From Octopus sinensis (lineage: Eukaryota): 64,000 nucleotides of DNA. Of this stretch, positions 55,164 to 64,000 are shown piece by piece; the first letter of the stretch is position 1; each line of letters begins with the position of its first letter. The notes beneath the pieces are model-generated. The model saw nothing but the letters and a program-made list of their open reading frames with translations, searched no databases and was not told the DNA's origin. The stretch covers positions 8,990,001-9,054,000 of the forward strand of contig NC_043006.1 in the NCBI RefSeq assembly GCF_006345805.1. Direction: 5' to 3'. Both the position numbers and the translations under genes were made by a program.

Positions 55164-55589
55164 ATATTAGTTATCGCCATACTAATATGGCATTCTTATA
55201 AAAATAAGAATAAAGCTGTCCGCTTATTAGCTCCATGAGGCCATGGCCTAAGTTAGCTATTTGATACACAAACTGTATCATATAACCTTGAACAAGGGAG
55301 GTCAGTCGCTCCACACTACTTGGCCGGCAAATAAAACTTGAACAGAGATTGTCAGAAGCGACACCTACTGGTCTGGCTACGCTGCATTGAAAAGGGGCAA
55401 TACCCGAAACGCGTCTGTAGCTGCCGGTCAAGTAGTGTGGAGCGACTGACCTCCCTTGTTCGAAGGTTATATGGATACAGTTGTGTATCAAATAGCTAAC
55501 TTAAGGCGATGGCCTCATGGAGCTAATAAACGGACAGCTTTTTTCTTATTTTTATAAGAATGCCATATTAGTATGGCGATAACTAATAT
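55164..55589. mobile_element. Inverted-repeat cassette (arms 55164-55329 and 55422-55589) with an HHR in the spacer
   Basis: Arms about 166 bp and highly similar; left end at (TA)n; the spacer ends in a complete HHR motif. Confidence 0.88.
55381..55421 (+). ncRNA. Minimal type-I hammerhead motif (core UUGAAAA, U3-A8)
   Basis: GCUGCA-UUGAAAA-GGG(GCAAUA)CCC-GAAA-CGCG-UC-UGUAGC: 6-bp helix I, 3-bp GC helix II, palindromic helix III ACGCGU, GUC site; predicted cleavage after 55415. Confidence 0.85.
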
Positions 55590-55643
55590 TTTCCGGGAAC
55601 GCTGCCGTTGTTCTCTTTTAGAGGGACTTAGTAATTTAATATT

Positions 55644-55778
<135 letters not shown>

Positions 55779-57309
55779 TATATATACATATATATATGTG
55801 TGGTGTGTAAGTATATATATATATATATACATACATAAATATATATAATATATACATACACACACATATATATATATAATATGGACGTTTAAGGTTTTGA
55901 GTATACATGCACTTGTATAAATTCTTGCAATAAATGCTGACTGGAGAATTCATAGAATAAAATTACAAATGCTCACTCACATAATAACCACAGAAGCAGA
56001 AACAAGAAATTATATTGTTTTTCGACCTGACTTTCATCGATGCATGAACTTGTTTCCGATAGCTGTCTTAAAAGCATTGTGTAACATGTGTTTGTATGTA
56101 CGTGTGCTTATATATGGAGACGAGAAAATACTTGCTTTGCAAGATGCCTAATGTCAAAACAATGTATATCTACGTAATTTTAAACCGTCGCAATTAAATT
56201 TATGAACCTAGTCAATCTAGAAGAATCCGTAAACTATCAGTGGATCTTCAACACGGCTACCTCTCATATTAACCTGGCATTAGAAGTTAGTGCATATCGA
56301 GGATTGTCAGCGTGATGCAGCTGCAGTCTACACGAATGGCAGTGGTCACGTTCCGTGTTCTTCAGTATGGCGCATGCATGTCTAATTTTGTATATCTGTA
56401 TTGTTAGCTGCCAGTGGCATCAGGTTCATTAACAAAACATAGTTCCGCTTGATAGATAGTGCAGGATTATGGAGTATGTGCATATATATTCGGTAGCAGA
56501 TTTGGCTATCGTATGTTCCATTTGTGTAAAGAGCATTCTAGTCATTGATACTCAGTTCGATCTTGAGGAAGTATTTCCAGTAGTCACAGAGTTTCCAGAT
56601 AAAACGGGACAGGGCGGTTGAATTTTATCTACCCTCGCACTTGAAGCAGTGCGTGCACTATGTATATATTTCCTCCATGTCATTGGTGAACCCGTTACGA
56701 ATCAGAAAGTGAAAGATAATCTGGTTTAGTCGTCTATTAAAGTTAGAAGTTGCAACTAATATAGCTAGGAGCTACTTTATTCTAATTCAGAAGCGCATCC
56801 CAAGGACCTATGCGCGTTATAAGCTATTCAAATCTCACGAGGTTAAAATCAGTTACACTTGCTTATAAAAAATCGCTTCAAAAATTGCTTTTTACAATAG
56901 ACGCCATCATACCTACAAACAAACCAGTGACAGCCCAAATCCTACCAGCTGCTCACTGGAAGCATCCTGCTTCTTAAAGACTATTTATGATTGTACAGCC
57001 CACACCATGCGATTTCATTGCATAACACTTCACCAGCATGATGTCATTTCTTCTAAAGTACATGCAACAAGTCACTTCTTTAATGAAAACGTGCTATTCG
57101 TCACACAAAATGTGATATCACCCCTTTTGGGCGTGTACTTCCCTCCCACTCTCCTTCTTTCTCTCTCTCTCTCTCTCTCTCTTTCCCTTTCACTTTTTTC
57201 TCTTTCTTTCTCTCTTGGACTTGTTTTGCGTATATGTTACCTTCTTCTTCTTCTTCTTCTTCTTCTTCTTCTTCTTCTTCTTCTACTCCTACTTCTTCTT
57301 CTTCTTCTT

Positions 57310-57575
57310 CTTCTTCTCCTCCCCTACCAAGAATTCAAAACCACCTCGAACCCACAAGAGTAAACAAGAGACACAGAGACTAGCAGAAGCAAGGAAAATG
57401 CCACTTGTATTTGAACACTATACAAATATTCTTTTAAAAAACACTTAAAAATTGTTTTAATAAATTTAATTGTTTTCCGAAATTAAAGTTGAAACAGTAT
57501 CAATGGCTGAAACCGGTACTGAAATGTATTCTATAAAATTATTTTAGCTTTTCCTATCTTGACTTTTTTTCTGTA
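57310..57575 (+). mobile_element. Diverged PLE 3' tail related to 5870-6120, with a decayed HHR at 57486-57521
   Basis: CCCTACCAAGAA...GAAAATGCCACTTGTATTTGAACACTA...GAAACCGGTACTGAAATG...ATAAAATTATTTTAGC colinear with the right arm of the first PLE; HHR remnant AAG-UUGAAAC-AGU(AUCAAUG)GCU-GAAA-CCGG-UA-CUG. Confidence 0.8.
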
Positions 57576-57832
57576 AATATATATATATATATATATATAT
57601 AAACACACGCACACACACACATATATATAAGGTGACCGTGTGTGTACCGTTGGCGAAATTGTTTCCTCCGTCTTCCCTTCCTTTCCTGACCGTCCAATAA
57701 CACTATATTTGTTTCACGTCATCGCGTTGCTGTGTTTTCATGTTTGGATTAACTTTACATAAACACACACTACACACACACACAACACACACAACACACA
57801 CACACACACACACACACACCAATATATATATA

Positions 57833-57870
<38 letters not shown>

Positions 57871-57955
57871 TAAATATTAGGGAATAAATCCAAATTTATA
57901 GGGAAAAACAAATCAGAGGAGGAAAATCCAATTTTATAGTAAAATATTATATAAT

Positions 57956-58236
57956 ATTAATTAGAGACAAAAACCAATTTTGCCAAAAAACAAGGAAAGA
58001 CTTAATCAATACATAAAATTTTAATAAAAAGTAAAAAAACCGCCACTACAATTGTTTCTTGTCTGATCGACAATCTTCATAATTTGAAACTGACTTTTTG
58101 GAAATCCACCTGAAGATTGTCGATCAGGAAAAGAAACAATTGTAGTGGCGGTTTTTTTCCTTTTATAAAAATTTTATGTATTGATTAAGTCTTTCCTTGT
58201 TTGTTTTGCAAAATAGTGGTTTTGTCTCTAATTAAT
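57956..58236. mobile_element. Inverted-repeat cassette (arms 57956-58079 and 58111-58236), PLE pseudo-LTR-like
   Basis: Reverse-complement arms, 31-nt spacer, (TA)-rich right flank, HHR motif. Confidence 0.85.
58106..58148 (+). ncRNA. Minimal type-I hammerhead motif (core CUGAAGA)
   Basis: CCAC-CUGAAGA-UUGUC(GAUCA)GGAAAA-GAAA-CAAUUG-UA-GUGG; palindromic helix III ACAAUUGU. Helix II is damaged here but perfect (UUGUC/GACAA) in the opposite arm. Confidence 0.78.
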
Positions 58237-58273
58237 TTATATATATAATTATATAATATATATATATATATAC

Positions 58274-58310
<37 letters not shown>

Positions 58311-58318
58311 ATATATAT

Positions 58319-58353
<35 letters not shown>

Positions 58354-58704
58354 AAGTCATTGGCACTTGGTTGCAATTGTTAATTAACTGTTACAAGGTA
58401 AAATTTAATATTTACTCTCCACATTCCTGTTTGCCTTTAAACGATAGACTAAAGAAATGGAGAACGCTGAAACTTCTAAGCCAGTTATACTTTTCCTTAT
58501 AGACTTGTACACACGCACACTTTTTCTCTCTCTTCCACCCTCTCTCTCTCTCTCTCTCCATGTCTCTCTTTATCACATGAACAAATGCATATACGTGGTC
58601 GGGGGAGGTATGCGTCAGGTGTTTGTATTTAGAAAAAAAAGTTTATGAAAAATTGGATACATTCACAATATCTAACAAAATATTTTGTAAAAAGTTAACT
58701 ATTA

Positions 58705-59122
58705 GGCGCAGGAGTGGCTGTGTGGTAAGTAGCTTGCTAACCAACCACATGGTTCCGGGTTCAGTCCCACTGCGTGGCATCTTGGGCAAGTGTCTTCTGC
58801 TATAATCCCGGGCCGACCAATGCGTTGTGAGTGAATTTGGTAGACGGAAACTGAAAGAAGCCTGTCGTATATATGTATATATATATAAGTGTGTGTGAAT
58901 ATGTTTGTGTGTCTGTGTTTGTTCCCCTAGCATCGCTTGACAACCAATGCTGGTGTGTTTACGTCCCCGTCACTTAGCGGTTCGGCAAAAGAGACAGATA
59001 GAATAAGTACTGGGCTTACAAATAATAAGTCCCAGGGTCGATTTGCTCGACTAAAGGCGGTGCTCCAGCATGGCCGCAGTCAAATGACTGAAACAAGTAA
59101 AAGAGTAAAGAGTAAAAAGAGT
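58705..59122 (+). mobile_element. tRNA-derived SINE, full-length, with a 44-bp target-site duplication
   Basis: ATTCACAATATCTAACAAAATATTTTGTAAAAAGTTAACTATTA at 58661-58704 and 59123-59166. Confidence 0.95.
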
Positions 59123-61227
59123 ATTCACAATATCTAACAAAATATTTTGTAAAAAGTTAACTATTACAAGTTTTCTTCTTTATTTTTCCATAGCAGGACT
59201 TGGGCTCAGCTTGGCAGGACTTGAACTCACATATTCCTCTTAGGTTTGTTATGGTACATAACGAATTAGCTAAGACTAATAGTTTACATGATGTGCAACT
59301 CATCGTGGCTCCCTTGCAGTGTTTTAAATCTTATCCTTTTAATTATAATTTCCTGAATTTGTCCATGATCATCCATTATGTTCAATCACAATTTATCTGT
59401 TATTACGTTTTGCGATATCCGTTCGACTAGAATCAGTCGGTAGAAGTTATTTGAGAATGATTTGACTCTGTTGCAGGCTGATTAAACATCACACACTATT
59501 ATCATTAGCTCGGGAGTTTCTCTCTACCCCCATAGAATTTAATGGTAAACATTACTGAAAGGAACGAGATATTGTCCTGTATTTGATGAGCCGTTTCAAA
59601 TGTGCTAGATGCCCTATGACTCGGTTAAAACCGATAAAACACATTACTAAACATCGCGCTCAATTTGGTCATAATACCTATAGTACTATTATTAATGTTT
59701 TGTGAACGTTATTCAACACCAGCCATTTTTCTATTCAGAATCAATTTTACATCATAGATATTATAAAATCTATATTTCATTTTAATTAAATCATTTAATT
59801 TCTCTCATCTGTCGTCCTAGCTCTAACTATTTTGGTGCTAAACTTTTTTGTCGTTACTATCTATATCTAAAATATCTATATATGTTTGATCTTATTTAAT
59901 CTTCAAACATATTCTTACCATTGATTAATTTATCTGTATTGATTTTCCACTTAATTAATATGTCTTATCATTTAATTAAGGCCATTTCTTCCTAAATACA
60001 TTTTTTCAGATAAATTCAACAACTAAGAATTCACAATTTCTCTTAAGTTTTATATAAGTTTTAATAGCTTAAACTTTAAAAGATAACTAATCATTAGCAG
60101 ACATTCATTACGTCTATAAAATTATCGTACAATCTTTCACCTTCGCCTCTACTACAAAGTGTCTACGGCAACTTATGTATTCATTACAGGGTTGGATCAA
60201 TCCTATCGAATTAATATGTAGACTGCTTTGTTGTGGAATTATTTATTCCTAGCTAGGTACAACTAACAAAGACTGGGATGATTAGGATATTGACTTTATG
60301 CGGTGCAGTACTGGTCTGAAACCTGAAAAATTAAATCAGTCCTATCTTACTGCGTTATTCCATGGTAGATTTCATATGTGTTACATAATACGAAGTTTAA
60401 TATGATTACACACATTTACAATCGCACATATATAAGTACTAGTATATACAAATATACGCATACATATTTGTGTGAGTATACGAGCGCATTTGTGTGTGTC
60501 TATGTTTGTGCGCGTGGTTCTTGATTGAAGCTAAAATAGTTCAATTATTGCACCGACTTTTCGCATGCGATAGTTAAGAGGAAGGGGATACCCTGGACAT
60601 TCGTTTCCTTTTATAACCATTGAGATGTCCCACACTTTCATTTCCGTTTGCTGCATCGGAAGATAAAAGCTGGAATAACATATTTGGAAGTGGTCAGCTT
60701 CAATAAATCACCATCGTTTGCTCTATAATCAATTCTGATGTAGTTTCTTTCTTTGCAAATGATAAATTATATACTCATTTATATATATATATATACACAC
60801 ATAAAGGGTGTCCAAAACATTTTTTCTTTGGTCAGGGTTAATTGCTAATTGCTCTTACCACTGAAAATGATTACTTTTCCCATCACGCATTGCCCCTCAT
60901 TTTTGTGACCTGATCATCAATGTCTTAAAACTGACCAGCGCTCCATTACATTTCAGACAGACTCAGCACTGAGTTGCTGAAACAGAACTATCATTATTGC
61001 AAATATGTCACAGTTTGCTTATCAGTTGCTTGCCGTTATCCACTATAACCAGTCTGTTAGCAGCTGATATTATGTGTATTTCTAATGAAGAGTAAGCGTA
61101 GTAGGGGACCATGTAAGTGTTGTGGGGGATTCTTTGGAGCTTTTAATTGATGTGACAAAAGCACAGTCTGAAGGAAATAAATTTTACTTCCTTATTAATG
61201 AGAACCCATGTTCGAAATTTCCCCAAG

Positions 61228-61271
61228 ACACCTGATGAAGGCTGGAGGGTATATTAGCCGAAATGTTGTGT
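61228..61271 (+). ncRNA. Minimal type-I hammerhead motif in a solo repeat fragment (~61160-61360)
   Basis: ACAC-CUGAUGA-A-GGCUG(GAGGGUAUAU)UAGCC-GAAA-UG-UU-GUGU: 4-bp helix I, 5-bp helix II, one extra A after A9, helix III AUGU (probable CpG decay of ACGU). Confidence 0.7.
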
Positions 61272-62783
61272 GAAAAACAAACAAGATGAGGACAGATATC
61301 CGTGAGATATAAGTAATATAAATAATGTACATAATTCTTATCTCATAAGTGTAGAACAGCCACACTCACACACAGCCTCCCCCACCCAACATATACAATA
61401 CATTTTGTATTAACGTAGTTCCCTTCAATTCCATTGTCGTTAGGGTTGTATTCAGAAATATAAAATCTGAGTGGACTGAAGTATAATCGTCAGTATTGAA
61501 ATGATTTATCGCCAAGTTTATAATCTTTATCAGGATTTTGTTTTGTTCGTGAGTAAGCCCCACAGAAAGCGATTGTAATACGACATCGTTTTGAAGTAAT
61601 TTGTTTGAAGTAAACATACACTTAAACACACACTCACACGTATGTGTGTGTGTTGTGTTTGTGTTTTTGACACGTAAAGTAGGTGTGTGTGTGTGTGTTT
61701 GTGTGTGTGCCAATGTGTGACAGTAAAGTGGGCGTGTGTTTGTGTGTGTGTGTATGAAAAGTAGGAAATTAAAACTTATTAATATTTGAATATTCATTCG
61801 AATCCGCTCAATATAGAAATAAAAAAAAAAGTATAAATTAGTGATCTTTATTCACATAACGACAAATCATATAAGATAATGTAATTTAATTCTGAGTGAA
61901 GGAATGGAAATAACTATCATTACTGATAGCACACGTAGATTACTAAACATATAAATCTATGCAAATGACGAGTTCTTTCATTTCAACAAACGCAATACTA
62001 AATTCTTTGAATTTATATTTCATATAAAGGGGCGCATAACAAAAGACATCAATGAAAATATATCACACACTATAATCACTACACATGCAATGGAGAATAT
62101 ATGCACATATGCATGTGTCTGTGTGTGTATACGTGCGTCCATGTATGTGTGTGGCTGTATGTCTGTTTGTGTGTGTGTATGAGCGAATCAAATAAGAAAT
62201 ATATTGGATAAAATTTATTAGTTGTTTAATAAGTAATCTTCTTTAGATATATAATAATGATTTTAAGAATTATGTTTGGCGAGCAAAAGTTTTTAAAGTT
62301 GCTTGGCTATTATTATTAACTATAAATTTCGATGATTTACACCAAAGAAAACAAAAAACAAAAGTTTCGTGTCGTTTATTTCAGATTATGTATTATACTG
62401 AAATTAGTAGTTTAGAATCTACTAATAAAATATAATTGATGCTGTCAGAAGACCAATGTAATCTGGCGCATTAATATGAATTTTATGATATGTCGTAGTT
62501 AATTTATGGTGTCATTACACACAGTCACGTCTGAAGACGCTATGTAAAATCGTAATTCTATTCATCTTGGAGTATACGGTCGAGCACATTCACAGATATA
62601 GACAAACACACGTCGCACATACAAACCTCTTTCATACACACGGAGATACAGGTATATATGCACACAGTGTTAGAGAGAATTTCGATAAATATTCATATGT
62701 ATCTCTTATATATATCCATATCTATCAACTCGATTACACACACATACATATTTATGTAAAAATATATGTATATGTATATGTAC

Positions 62784-62882
<99 letters not shown>

Positions 62883-62930
62883 TATATATTATATATATAT
62901 ATAGATATATATATATATATGTATATATAT

Positions 62931-63167
62931 ATACGTTTATATATTTGTTTTGCAAGATTTTTGATGGGAAATCGTGTGTTGAAACAGATATTGTTGTATT
63001 TAGGAATGGTCATTTTGCCAGTTTAGCCAATAAAAACACACGCGTTATATATTTGGTGTAAAGATTAATTTAAAAAATAAATAACGCTGAAGCAGAATAA
63101 CACCAAATATATAGTGCGTGTGTTTTTATTGGCTAAACTGGCAAAATGACCATTCCTAAATACAACA

Positions 63168-63220
<53 letters not shown>

Positions 63221-63256
63221 TATATATATATTATATATTATATATATATATATATA

Positions 63257-63295
<39 letters not shown>

Positions 63296-63545
63296 ATATA
63301 TATATACGTTTATATATTTGTTTTGCAAGATTTTTGATGGGAAATCGTGTGTTGAAACAGATATTGTTGTATTTAGGAATGGTCATTTTGCCAGTTTAGC
63401 CAATAAAAACACACGCGTTATATATTTGGTGTAAAGATTAATTTAAAAAATAAATAACGCTGAAGCAGAATAACACCAAATATATAGTGCGTGTGTTTTT
63501 ATTGGCCAAACTGGCAAAATGACCATTCCTAAATACAACAATGTA
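62931..63545. repeat. Two tandem copies (period 373 bp) of a ~240-bp unit, each containing a 70-bp inverted repeat with a 40-nt spacer
   Basis: Arms 62990-63059/63100-63169 and 63363-63432/63473-63542; units separated and flanked by (TA)n. Confidence 0.93.
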
Positions 63546-63611
63546 TATATATATATATATATATCTATATATATATTATATATGTATGTATATATATATA
63601 TATATATATTA

Positions 63612-63668
<57 letters not shown>

Positions 63669-64000
63669 TATTTACATACATACATATATGTGGAGGGGGG
63701 CTATCATCACGAACAGGGGCCAACAGAATATATTTGAACGCGATGTCAGGTATTGAATGTAAGTGCTAACTGGCTTTTCCAGCATATTTTTTAACGTTTT
63801 AATCCCATTCTTTTTATTTATAATATAATCTTTATACAAATGATATTTGCTTCTCTCAGTAATTTCTCTCTTCTTTTTAGAACTATAATCAGGCCCTCAT
63901 TATATACTCACACACATAATGCCTTTTTGGAGAAGTGCTTTTTAAGTAACAAAGTTGTTTATTTATTTATTGTAATATACGTTTAAAAGTAATTCTTCGC

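Noticed and set aside
62950-63000. GAAACAGATATTGTT as HHR helix III in the terminal foldback units
   Set aside because: No valid core or helix I upstream.

Overview
AT-rich, microsatellite-saturated animal genomic DNA, most likely from an octopod cephalopod (inferred from recalled repeat families, not tested). No host protein-coding gene could be identified with confidence. Almost all ORFs in the supplied track are artefacts of (TA)n/trinucleotide arrays or antisense SINE sequence. The window contains decayed R4/Dong-like LINEs stacked in (TAA)n arrays with a 540-bp non-coding element, Penelope-like element (PLE) remnants (RT and GIY-YIG), an RTE 3' end, a Tc1 transposase fragment, an intact hAT MITE, six copies of a tRNA-derived SINE, and several foldback structures. 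The main signal is a set of about ten minimal type-I hammerhead-ribozyme (HHR) motifs from five or six unrelated repeat families. Most lie in inverted-repeat cassettes ending in (TA)n, and the well-formed ones have a palindromic helix III. Two unrelated families carry a UUGAAAA core in place of CUGANGA, a compensatory U3-A8 pair instead of C3-G8. All folds were read by eye and no activity is demonstrated.
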